From NCBI GenBank assembly GCA_977862235.1, contig OZ374563.1, positions 1,798,001 through 1,862,000 of the forward strand: DNA of 64,000 bases, given 5' to 3'. The notes under the pieces were generated by a model. The model saw nothing but the letters and a program-made list of their open reading frames with translations. It made no database searches and was not told where the DNA came from. The position numbers were made by a program, and so were the translations under genes. How positions within the stretch are numbered: position 1 is the first letter of the stretch; each line of letters opens with the position of its first letter. This DNA is from Dudresnaya verticillata (lineage: Eukaryota). Shown in pieces: positions 34,266 through 44,888 of this stretch.

Positions 34266-35207
34266 CTACTCGTCGGAAAACTTACCACACGGCACAGAAA
34301 CTTTGAGCACGGTCCCAACCTGCACTTCCTCGATCAAGTACCGCGAGGCGCGCTCCTCCGACTTGGGAATATCGATCCACAGCTCGTCCATGTCGTCGTT
34401 GACAACCTTTGCCGACGTCATAGTGTGCAGCGCCTCACCCTTATCGACCGCAATGCTCACAAACTGGCCCTTCTCATGCCGCGGCACATCCATGTCGTCC
34501 GGCTTGAGCGCGAGGATACAACCGGGGCCCTTCCTCTCATGCACCCCGACCACAAGCATGTCGGCAAACCCAGAGTACCCGGCGCGCGCCTCCATCACCT
34601 CGCGCACGGCCTGCTCGCGCTCGATGTACATCTCGGCTAGCACGCCAAACGCGTCGCCCCACGCCGACACGATCTCCGGCGTGGCCGCGTCGCCAAGCTC
34701 GGCCTGCATGGCGTACAGGTAGCACTCGCCAATGGCCGCGTACTGCTCGGCCTCGACGCCGCGGCTGACGTGCTTGTGGCAGATCGCCTCGATCTGCCGC
34801 TGCACCGTGCCCAGCTTGCCGGCGTTGCGCGCGTACGCTATCAGCGAGTTGGTCAGCGCCACCAGCTGCGCAGGCACGCCGTCGTCGGACGTCGCGCCAC
34901 CCTTCTGCCGGTCCACGTTGAACATCGCCTTGACCGACGGGTACCGCTCGAACAGCGTGCTGTAGAACGTTGCCGCGATGCGTGACCCGTGCTCGCGCAG
35001 CACCGGGATCGTCGCCTGCACCGTGTCCACTACGGATGCCGGCAGCGGCGCCGGCGCCGGCGCCGGCATTGGCGTGGCTGTGGCGCGTACGCGCGTGCGC
35101 GTGCGGTGGCGAGCCGGACAGAATACGGCCGGCTGGGTTGTTGTGACTGCGGCGCGGTGCCGGAGCAACGGCGCCGCGGGCAGGAAGGCGGGGCATAGAC
35201 GAGGCAT
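34266..35207 (-). CDS. Flavohemoglobin-type globin with degenerate FAD-binding domain and no NAD domain; plastid transit peptide
   Basis: VQATIPVLREHG, FY (B10 Tyr), MFN (CD1 Phe), Q (E7), HKHVS (F8 His), AWGDAF..LA. Then KGQFVSI...PCGKF and a stop. Confidence 0.88.
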   Translation of the reverse strand: MPRLCPAFLPAAPLLRHRAAVTTTQPAVFCPARHRTRTRVRATATPMPAPAPAPLPASVVDTVQATIPVLREHGSRIAATFYSTLFERYPSVKAMFNVDRQKGGATSDDGVPAQLVALTNSLIAYARNAGKLGTVQRQIEAICHKHVSRGVEAEQYAAIGECYLYAMQAELGDAATPEIVSAWGDAFGVLAEMYIEREQAVREVMEARAGYSGFADMLVVGVHERKGPGCILALKPDDMDVPRHEKGQFVSIAVDKGEALHTMTSAKVVNDDMDELWIDIPKSEERASRYLIEEVQVGTVLKVSVPCGKFSDE

Positions 35208-38207
35208 GGCGTGGGCGCGGGTGAGGGCGGGGCGATGCAGCGGGTACGGGAACGGGTTGGGCCGCTTCCCCGACGCGGGCGCCCGCGCCGCGCCGCGCCG
35301 CGCTTTATACGAGGTTTGCTTTGTCGCCCGGGGCGGCTTTGGTGCGCGGCGAGCCCGTGCAAGTCTGCGCGTGGCCGCGCGACATTGCTCACATGGGGGC
35401 GTGCTGAGGTGAGGCGCTTTCGTGGCAGGCTTGCAGGGGCGGGTATGGCGCGGTTGCGATCGCAGCTGGTGGGGACGATGGGCCGGTTGCGTGCTGCGAG
35501 TAACATGGGTGCACGCACCCGGCGCGGCGCGGCGCGGCGCGGACACGGCGGAGAAAGGCGAGCAACGGCGCGATATGAACGGTGCTCGCGGGGGCTTGCG
35601 AGCGGAGCGTTGCGGAGCCGCGGGAGGAGAAAGGTGGTGTGACAGAAAGCGACGGACACGTGACGGTGGCGGCGCGGCGCGGCCGCGGTGCTCGGCGTTG
35701 CGCAACGCGGCCGTCGTGCCATTGGGCTGCATGGCCTGCGCGGCGACTGCGGCGGCGTGCGAATATCTATCTGCGCGCGCTGCGCTGGCACGGTGCGCCG
35801 CGCAACGCGCGCGCGCGAAGGGCGGCCTTTCTACGGAAGCAATATCGCGCACGCGCGGCACGGAACGCGCCGAAGGTAAGATATCGCGCGCGAAGGTTGC
35901 CAACGTTCCCTCGACGGTAACGTGCGCGCGCCGGAATAGCCGCGCCGCGCCGCGCGCGTGCGCAAGCGCCGCTTGCAACCGCGTGCGCCGCCGCCTTACC
36001 CGCGCGGCGCGCTCGCGCCTCGAAGCGCGGCCCACATGCGCCACCGCTCCAGCGCTCGGCGCGGCGCGGCGCGGCGCGGCGCGCTCGACCCGTCCCGTCG
36101 TGCCATCCGAGCGCGCGCGGTCGTTACGTCGGGGCGTTGCTGGATATGTTGCGTCGCTGCTGCAGATATGTTGCTGCGAAAGATAAGATATGTTCAGCAG
36201 TGCACTAAGATATTATTGTACGTACCGCCACCGCTCGCCCGCGTCGCTCGGCACAGGTCGTGATGCTCAGCCGAGTGTGAATGTGAATGCTGCAGCTCTA
36301 CAGACCAGTGCCGGGTCAGCCCGTGCCGTGATACTGTATGTGTAGCCCGCCTGCGCTCAGCGCTCAGCCGCTCTCAGTTGCTAGCGGCTCAGCAATTGAG
36401 TGAGATGGCTTCCGCACCGTCCGTAAAGTTTCGTGTTGACATTCGGTTATCCGTCCCCTCCAAGTTACGTAACGCTACCGCTGTGGTCCATTTATCACTT
36501 ACTTATCGTTGTGCAGCAGTTCACTTCCTGTCTCTTCGACAGTATCTTCTCAGCCTGAGAGAACGCTTGCTACTGCCAACACTAGTAGTAAGGAGTTGTA
36601 CTGCTGGCCCACAACATCGTCTTCTGCCAAGGCACTACCACATCTTTATAGTTATCTTGCACACCACACCACAGTAGCACATGTTATAAGAGCTTAGCAG
36701 TAATAACGGCAGAGGTGAGCAGCCCGCTCGTGGTGGCGCATATCTGGAGGCGGATGTCCGGCGACCTCTGCCATCTCCTTCCGCGGCGTCGCAAGAGCAC
36801 TTCTGCTGCAGCGAGCTCAGCGCTGTGGGCTCCGTGCCGCGCTTACAGCCCAGACATGCCTTACTCACGGAAGGCCGGCAGTACTTTGCTCGGCTCTTCC
36901 GCAGTCTCTGCGTGTCGCGCCGCATCACGACATCGCACGCATCACCGTGCGAGTATCGACACGCAATCGCGAGCGCCACCTTGCACATTGCTACGCTCGC
37001 ACCTGTCTCAAACCCGGCCCCGACACGTCTGCCGAGCATCTCCCACCAACCGCACTCTGTTTGACTGTAACAGGAGCAATGGCCGCTCCTCAAGTGTGAC
37101 CTACAGCATTGGGGGAATCTGTTCGCAATCTGGTGCCAAGCCCAGCAGGTGACATGGCCGTCTGCCACGCTGTCCACATGCTGCAACCTTTGCTGTGCCC
37201 CACTGTTCGCGTTTCGATAAACCCATAGTTTCAGCTCTCGATGTTGTCATCGATGAGTCCTCTTTAATCTCACGCGTCTCAGCCTTCCCTTATCTATCAC
37301 GGTAGAAGTGCTGGAGGGCGCGGGCCCAAACTAGTGTAAAGGAACAGCTGTACAAGCTACAATTACAAACGGCTTCAAGCTGCAGAGCCTAGGCTCACGT
37401 CTCTGTGTATCGCGTAGAAATAATCACAACACCAATATCATTGTGCAACAATCGTATGTCTTTCGCCCAGGTCGTAATCGAGCCATCTCACCGCCAAGTC
37501 GAGTGCAAAGCCTGTCACGGAAAAAGTCGTCAAGCATGCACTACCGGTGGCCTGTCCTGCTCCGAATGGCTGGTGTATGCAGTTGGGAGCACATTTGCAG
37601 CATACTGCTTCTTGTTGCGGGTATTGCGCCATATGCGCATGTCACGAGGATGGATGGCAACTCGATCCTAATGCTTTCGCCGTCCGCAACCAATCACTCG
37701 GTGGACTGATCGGGAATGCATTGTAAAGTATATCTCTTGAGAACGAGCACTTTGTAGATTGTCTCTCCGCAACTACAGTATATTTGAGCTTTACCCTTCA
37801 TCTAACCTTCTTAAGATAAACGCAAGAACAATATTAAAGCGCCGCTCTTCAGTCCTGCAATGGAAATGCGGAGAGAGAGAGAGAGAGAGAGGATTGCTTC
37901 AAGGTTCCCTTGATCTCATAGAGAATCACTGAAAGCTGATTGCTAAAACTGCCCCGGTGACCATTGGTAGAGTAACATACACTTGGCAAAACTTGTTGAG
38001 TCATGATGATTCCATGCGCCCTTACGGTAACCAGTGCACATCTCAACGTGAAACTCTCTGCGTGTACCTTGCGTTCGCTCTACTCGGGCATTGAGTTGGC
38101 CTACTAACAGCACAGCCAAAACAGACCAACGGAACATTAGAGCAAGTGTGGACGACTTCACGCGGAGCTCCCAGGAAAGACCCACATCATCAAGGGAACC
38201 CACAGCC

Positions 38208-38740
38208 ATGTCACAGCCTGACGAAGACAACGCAGAGCAAGTAAGAGCCTTGAAAACACAGCTGCAGGAAACCGAGTACCGGCTTCATGACGCGGAGGCG
38301 GCGGTGGTACGTGCAGACGGCCTGCGCGAGCAGAACGACGTTCTGCTCCGGTGTGTTCGCACTTTAAAGGAGCAACTCGACCTGGGTGCGTTTCCAGCTG
38401 CTTACAATGCGACGCGCTCGTGTGCGCGGATCTATTCTAACGCTGGCGTTTGCCTGTTGCAGAACCTTGCGCACCCGACGTTCTGCACGAGCTTGTGGTA
38501 AGTAGAGCCTGTCTGCGATACTGCCGCTTCTGCTCGCACGCGGACCGCCGACTGACTGGCTGCAAACGTTCTTCTTTGGCGTAGCGCGTGAAAGAGCTGG
38601 TAGCAGTGGTCCAAGATGAGAACGAACAGTTGAGGAGACGGCTCAAAGAGGCTTCTCACGTTTGTCAGACCTGCGCGATACAAAGGGCCGGCCTTCGCGG
38701 TCACAAAAGAGAGAAGGGTGCGAAACGTTTGCCTTGTTGA
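38208..38740 (+). CDS. Hypothetical coiled-coil protein; join(38208..38385,38463..38497,38585..38740)
   Basis: Two GT-AG introns with CTAAC/CTGAC branch points and consistent phases give ...KEQLDL|EPCAPDVLHELV|RVKELVAVVQDENEQLRRRLKE... Confidence 0.6.
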
Positions 38741-39246
38741 CCGATGTGTGAGGCTCGAAGCATGACGCAAGCCAACGAGAGAGCAAACTGTATGACTGTG
38801 CCGATCTGTGCGGGGGAGGAAAGTGGTTTTCTTGTGCTGTGCATGTTTTCGTCCCGTGGAGCGACTCGCAAGGCATGCTGAGCTGACAAAGTCGGCGTAC
38901 AGTTTGGTCACCTGTTGCGCACTCTTAAAGCTTCTCTCTGCATGACTCGACCTTCCATTCGCACGCTAGGCGATCGTTGTGTGCGAAGATGGGAGGGATG
39001 CGCTGCAAGCAAGTTTGCAAGTCGTGCCCACTCTCTCACCCCCTCATTTGCATGTTTGCGACAGGGAGGCCCGCGCCGCACCTTTTCGCGGCCCTGAAGC
39101 AACCAGTCAAATTCGCCGCGATTTCGACCTCGCCCATTGCGCGGCCTCCCTGATGATTGGGAGGTTGCGAGCACACCGAGCGTCTCGGAGCAGCCCGTGC
39201 GCTTCTCGGTACCGGACGTGCGCGCCTTGCCGAGGCACGCCGCGCG

Positions 39247-40497
39247 ATGCCGACGGCTTGCCCGCCGGCCGCCTGGTGCGTCCCGCCAGCCTCCGCGGCA
39301 CATCTGCGCGCGCCGCAATGCGCGTCGCCGATGCATCGGCGGGTGTCCGTGCGGCGCGGCGCCACGCGCCGCCGCCCGCGCGCGCGCGTCTTCGCCACCG
39401 CCGCCGTGCCGTCCGGCTCCAACGATGCCGAGCCCGCCGCAGCCTCGTCGGTGCAACCCGCCGCGCCGGCCCCGAAGATTGGCGTGCTCACCGACTCGGT
39501 TCTCGAGACCAAGTGGCGTACGGAGGAGACCGGCGGTGCTGGCGAGTCGCCGTCGTGCGCTTGCGTCGATGCGGAGACCGTGCCGTATGTCGCTTCTGAG
39601 GACCTGTCGGCAAGCGACCCGTACAAGGCCTTTGCGCGGTTTACGCGCATCGCGGCCCCCACGGCGGCGCTTGGAAGGGATGGCGTTGCGTCCCCGATGC
39701 TGAAGACTGTCCCACAGACGTTGCGCAGCCCAGATTTGCAGTATTCTGCGGCGTCGATTGCGTACCGGCTCATGCGATACACGTACGCGAAGAAGAATCT
39801 TGCAGACTTTCTAGACTTTTTTCTGGGAGAGTTTGATAACTATGAGCAAGTGATGGCCGAGCGTCGAGCGGGTATGTTTCCACGGGATGGAGGAGGGCAC
39901 GAACATATTCACTGCTCTGTGACGAGTTTGTTGCCGGATCTGTTATTTGCGCGGTACTACTTCAACGGCGATCCGAGCTCTGTCTTTCGGTCACGTCTTT
40001 ATAAGCTCAACGTCTCTGACAACTGCGAACGTGGCATAGTCGAGATGCGCATTTTTCGGTTCTACGAGGAGACGGAACGCAAGTTAAAGGCGAATATGCA
40101 CGACGTGAACGCAATTGAATGGGATGATGGCGACGTCTACGACTGGTTGGAGGGCTGTGAGGTTTACTGGGAACGGTATGAGCCGGACGACCATGAGGAA
40201 GATGAAGCGAGCAAGACCCTTGGAATAGACCCTGGGCCGCGCTTCGTTGGGTATATGAAAGGTGGTGGCTGCGAGCTGCTCAGCAGGGAGCTTGGTGGCA
40301 GAATCCGCGTCATGGATGACCTGTTGCTCACCGCCAAGGAATTGTGGGTTGCTGACCGTGGGTTTGATGAGCAGAACAACTTTGTCTACGGAAATCGGCG
40401 CGGTGTCCCATACAAGATGAAGCGTGTGCATAGTGGGAGTGACGCGGCTTGGACGCTGTCAGAGTTGGAGCCGCCACCGGAGGGGTACATCCCTTGA
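39247..40497 (+). CDS. CpcT/CpeT-family phycobiliprotein bilin lyase, plastid-targeted
   Basis: GEFDNYEQ, HEHIH, FRSRLY, LEGCEVYW, GGGC, LWVADRGFD..NNFVYG..PYKMKRV. Confidence 0.85.
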   Translation: MPTACPPAAWCVPPASAAHLRAPQCASPMHRRVSVRRGATRRRPRARVFATAAVPSGSNDAEPAAASSVQPAAPAPKIGVLTDSVLETKWRTEETGGAGESPSCACVDAETVPYVASEDLSASDPYKAFARFTRIAAPTAALGRDGVASPMLKTVPQTLRSPDLQYSAASIAYRLMRYTYAKKNLADFLDFFLGEFDNYEQVMAERRAGMFPRDGGGHEHIHCSVTSLLPDLLFARYYFNGDPSSVFRSRLYKLNVSDNCERGIVEMRIFRFYEETERKLKANMHDVNAIEWDDGDVYDWLEGCEVYWERYEPDDHEEDEASKTLGIDPGPRFVGYMKGGGCELLSRELGGRIRVMDDLLLTAKELWVADRGFDEQNNFVYGNRRGVPYKMKRVHSGSDAAWTLSELEPPPEGYIP

Positions 40498-40636
40498 TAA
40501 CTCTCGAAACGAAGTAGTGTTCGCATGCATGCCGCCAATAGTGGCATTAATGCCCGGCTTGGATTCCTCACCTGCGGCATGCAAGATTTGTATCATGTCT
40601 CGTAGCGGCGACGATCGCCAAGGCACTAAACCGAAA

Positions 40637-41062
40637 TCAAAAGTTCATAGCGGAGAGCGATTCTGCGAGCTGAAAGATAGCGACATGGCCCTTGCCGAAT
40701 GAGCGGCTTTGCGCGTAGATGGGGTCATGAACGCCGACAATGACGGTTTGCGCAGTGCGAGCGACAATGGCGCCACGCGAAGGGGCGCCATGCTCCTTGC
40801 ACCGGCCTATTAGGAAGCTGGTGTCGTCTGCGTTCTCCAGACGCGTCAGTGCGTACGGGATGCCCTGCACGGTGAAGCCGCGCTTCATCACCTTCTTCAC
40901 GGCCTCCGCGTCATCGTCCAGCACCTGCGCCAACGCCTGGAGCTCATACGGCACCATCTTGAACGACGGTGTCGCGCCCCATACCTGCCCGTTGTGGCCG
41001 GCTATGCAACTCATGTGGAAGCCACCTTCGGTGAGCGTCTTGACGTAGGGATCCCAGCTCAT
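40637..41062 (-). CDS. Profilin
   Basis: MSWDPYV, IAGHNGQVWGAT, GFTVQGIPY, GAIVARTAQTVIVGVHD, LAESL...F. Confidence 0.85.
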   Translation of the reverse strand: MSWDPYVKTLTEGGFHMSCIAGHNGQVWGATPSFKMVPYELQALAQVLDDDAEAVKKVMKRGFTVQGIPYALTRLENADDTSFLIGRCKEHGAPSRGAIVARTAQTVIVGVHDPIYAQSRSFGKGHVAIFQLAESLSAMNF

Positions 41063-41930
41063 GTTGCAAAGTCAGCTGTAGCGGAGTTGCTGCGGTCGGA
41101 GTGGCTTCCAGTTGGTGGGCACTACTGTTGTTGAATCGGCAAGCTCCAGAATGCAACTGAGCGTCGGAAGCATTTTCCGCTCCCTCTTTCTGCCGCCCTG
41201 ATTTGGCCCATTGCACTGGGCGCGAGTTGACTTCTTCCGTTTTGACCTCGTTTCACTTGCGCTTGGATCCGGTGATAGCTCCCATCCGTTGATAAGTCGC
41301 ACTCCAACCCACTCCTTCACTGCATCGCGTTAGTGGCAGTGTGTCTTTTTGTTCCTGTGCCCTTGAGAGGCACGGCGGGTGGTTTGGAAAAGAATGTGGC
41401 ATTGCGGAACTGCCATGCATCTTATAACAGACTGTTATTCCCCAAGCGTGATCTGCCACTTCGGATTCAGCAAGTTGTTTCCACTTGTTTCCAGTCAGAA
41501 AACAGGATGCGAATGAATGTAGTCACCACGCCACGTTGTGGTGGACTTCTGACGCTTCAGGAATTAAGTATGCAGCGTACTCTCCGCCAAGGCAAGATGA
41601 GCCACTAAGTCAGAGAGTCAGTCTTTCTCATGCCGTGCGTCTCGTGCCACCGGGTGATGTGCCACGACGCTCCCCTCTCCTTTCCCTTCCCGTGCTGCCA
41701 TGACACGACAGGAGACTCTGTATGCGAAATGCTATTTGTCTAGAGCCTTGTGGCAAGCTCCGTCAGTAGGCAGGGTCGCAATGCACGCGCTCATTTGGGA
41801 CAATCGCGCGTCTGACGGCCCTCGTTCTAAGAGCCGTCTCTAAGACTTGTGTTCAAGATAAACCTCTAGTCCTCTTTACAAGCTGGCCAAGTATAATATA
41901 ATACCAACACCACCACCTAACCAATTTGAG

Positions 41931-43463
41931 CTACCGGATGCTCATCCTACTAGGTGAAAGCGCGCTGGCGCTGTCGCCATTCCCCCGTTTGTTCTTCGCA
42001 CTCGGAAAGACGTTCCAAAACCTAAGGGTCTCATCGCCTGCGCCGGTAACAATCGTCTCGCCCGACGGCGACATAGAGAGGTACAGCACACGGCTCGAGT
42101 GCCCCATAAGCGTGACCACCTTCGACAAAGTGGGATACTTCCACACAATAATCTGATTCTGACTATACCCATGCGTTGACACCACCTCATTGACATTCTT
42201 CGACCACATCAAATTGCACACCTGCGACCCGGTATCCACCGCCGCAAGCGCCGAGTTGGTAGTCGTGTTCCAAAACCGGATCTTCCGATCCGCTGTACCC
42301 CCACCAGAGCATAACAACCCGCGCGCGTGTGGCGACCACGCAATTGCCTTCACGGCAGCTTCATGTTCACTAAAGCGTAGCACCGGCGCACTGGCACTAG
42401 CACCCGATGTTGCTCTACCCCCAAGTGCTGCGGCGCTCCATATCAACAATTTGTTATCATTGCCGCCGGACGCAAGCTGGTTATCATCATGCGACCATTT
42501 AAGCCCGCACACCTCGCTCTTATGTCCACTGAGTTTTGCAACATATGGCTCTCGACATCGCATGTCCCTGTTGTAGATATCCTTGTCCCTGCTGCCAGAG
42601 CTGAGCACACTCGAATTCCAGGCAAGGCAGCCTGCCCGTGCTGTATGGCCGCTAAGCGTTCTTAACAACTTACCCGTGCCGGTATCCCACACCTGAACAG
42701 TGCCCGGCATAGTACCCACAGCAAGCTCGGTGCCATGTTGACTCCATGCGACTGAGCACACGGGCCCGCCGAATTGCAAGTCGCAAAGCTTGGTTACAAC
42801 AGAGGTGCAGGCAGACCAAAGGTAGACGCATGGGCCAAGGCCGACGGCGAGGACGTTCTTGGCGGACCAGTCGACGAGGTTAAGGTAGAAGTCGTCTTTG
42901 AGACAGGGCGCGTCGAGGACCTTGAACGGAGCACGTGCGATTTTCCGTTTTGCGCGTGCTGGAGCGACGACGGACGAGGAGAGGAGGGCTCGGCGGGCGT
43001 CCGGGGCGCCCAGGCAAAACGGGGCGGCGGGAGAGGGGGGTTGTGCAGGGAGGGAAGAAGGGCGTGGGGGTGCCGAGAAGCGGAGGAGGTTGGGGGAGGC
43101 AGGCGGGGGCGCTGCGGGGGCTGAGACGCGGTGCAGACGGGCGTTTGAGGAGTGTCGAGTCGGGCGTGACGGCGGGAGAAGAAGCTTCTGCACGCCGTTT
43201 GGGTTGTACGGGGCCGGGGCTTGCGTGGCTTGGGCGAGCGGGGCGGCGGGCGGCGGCGGGGGCGTGTCAAGGAGCTCCGACTTGAGCACGGCCGAGTAGC
43301 ACGACTGGGGCGGATGCGGGACGTTGGACGGGGTGTTCTCGGAGCGGCGCAGCAGCGAGAAGGCGGTCTGCATGGTCTGCGGCGAGCGGTGCGGGATGAA
43401 GCGGTCATTGTAGCGGGCGGAGGTTGGGCGGGCCGGGGCGGATGTCGGGCGGCGAGAGAGCAT
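41931..43463 (-). CDS. FZR1: APC/C co-activator CDH1/FZR1 (CCS52)
   Basis: C-box DRFIPHR, PFKVLDAP..DDFYLNLVDWS, WD40 repeats, GHKSEVCGLKWS, VSTHGYSQNQI and the C-terminal IR tail. Confidence 0.93.
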   Translation of the reverse strand: MLSRRPTSAPARPTSARYNDRFIPHRSPQTMQTAFSLLRRSENTPSNVPHPPQSCYSAVLKSELLDTPPPPPAAPLAQATQAPAPYNPNGVQKLLLPPSRPTRHSSNARLHRVSAPAAPPPASPNLLRFSAPPRPSSLPAQPPSPAAPFCLGAPDARRALLSSSVVAPARAKRKIARAPFKVLDAPCLKDDFYLNLVDWSAKNVLAVGLGPCVYLWSACTSVVTKLCDLQFGGPVCSVAWSQHGTELAVGTMPGTVQVWDTGTGKLLRTLSGHTARAGCLAWNSSVLSSGSRDKDIYNRDMRCREPYVAKLSGHKSEVCGLKWSHDDNQLASGGNDNKLLIWSAAALGGRATSGASASAPVLRFSEHEAAVKAIAWSPHARGLLCSGGGTADRKIRFWNTTTNSALAAVDTGSQVCNLMWSKNVNEVVSTHGYSQNQIIVWKYPTLSKVVTLMGHSSRVLYLSMSPSGETIVTGAGDETLRFWNVFPSAKNKRGNGDSASALSPSRMSIR

Positions 43464-44888
43464 TGCGGCGGGGTGCGGTGGGGCGGTCTCGGCGGGCGGA
43501 GCCGGCCGGTTGGGGGCGGTGGTGCGGTGTTGCGGCGGCGGGCGCGGTACGAGGGGGGGTGCGAGGCGGCGGGTACGAGGGCGGCGCGGGGCGGGGAGTA
43601 GGAGGGGGGCGCGTGCGTCCGCGATGATATGCGCGATGGGAAGATGGTCGGCGCGGCGCGCTCACCTGCGCCCCGATCGGGGGGCCAAATCAGCGGCGCC
43701 GTTCTTACACCGCGCTGATTTGGCATGAGCTGGCGCGCATTACACCGGCGAATGCGCCGCCGTTTGCCGCGCTTCGTGGACACGTGGCGCGCGCCTGGCG
43801 CTTGGGCCGCGCCGCTTTTGGAATGAAAAAACCGTCTCCGAACACGCCGCAGCGCCACCGACCCTTTCGGCGCTGCTGCGCCTGCGGAAGCGATTTTCAA
43901 GCCGAGCGACACACCCCCAATTCGGCAGTTTGGCTTTTTTGGCAACCTCTGCGCACTTGTTGTCGTCGTACTGTAGCCATCATGGCGTCATGCTTTGCTG
44001 CAATTGCGCGCCTCGCAACAGCTCACAGACGACGGTTGGCTGTGCTCACCCCACAACGACAGAGCATCCCGCCGTACTTGGCACCCGAATTTTGCTTCCT
44101 CTTTGCCGCCTTCCTACTTGGCGTAACAACCGCAGCTACGTCACCGCTGCTGTTGCCAGCTGCCGGCACCCTGCGCTTACCGGACGACGCCATCAACACA
44201 ACTACACACTCTCCGCCACATCGCGTCTGTACGACAGCGTTGCTTGCCGCACTGCTAGGCAGGTAGAGCATGTCAGAGCACGCGCACCTCCAGCGCCGCG
44301 CGCGTGGGACGCCGCACAATTGCAGCTCTGCAGCAGCGCGCACAACCTGTAGACAGATATTACCGGCATCACCGCGCAACGCACCGGAGTCTCCACTGCA
44401 GATACAGTGCTGCACCCTTGATCGCTCCGCGGCAGCAACCGCAGCCGGCTCTCGTTGCGGCCGTCCCGTCCGTCCCGGTGTGCTCCTCGCGGACGTGGAG
44501 CGCCGCAGCGCTCAGCGAGCCACGCTTGCCGCCCGCGCTCCACGATCCGGGGTTGTTCGGGCCACTGCCCGCGCCAGCAACAGGCCGCCTTCCAGCAACA
44601 GTGCAACAGTACTGTACCAGCGCCGCCAGAAGCGCCATAACGCCGCCGAACCGCCCCTCCTACCCCCTCACAGTGTACGGAACCGGAGCACCGCCTCGCG
44701 AGAAGTGCCCTCCAACTTTTGCTGCCTTCCCTTCGCTTACACTACATTACAGCAGCGGCCATTGCCAGCGCGCGCCAGTCCCGCGCCGGTGCCGAAACCT
44801 TTCATACCTTCCGTCTGCAGTGCCAAAATGAAACAGCCCGCCGCGCCCGCCATGGCTGCATCCGCACCGCCAACCTGCGGCCGTCGCC

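Noticed and set aside
34170..34285. GTAAGT donor-like site at the end of the globin gene that might splice to an NAD domain
   Set aside because: It coincides with the conserved P.G.F codons, and nearby acceptors lead to stops with no NAD-binding motif.
35208..36044. Approx. 280-aa N-terminal extension of the globin ORF
   Set aside because: GC-rich upstream read-through from a non-ATG start. The ATG at 35205-35207 gives a typical transit peptide.
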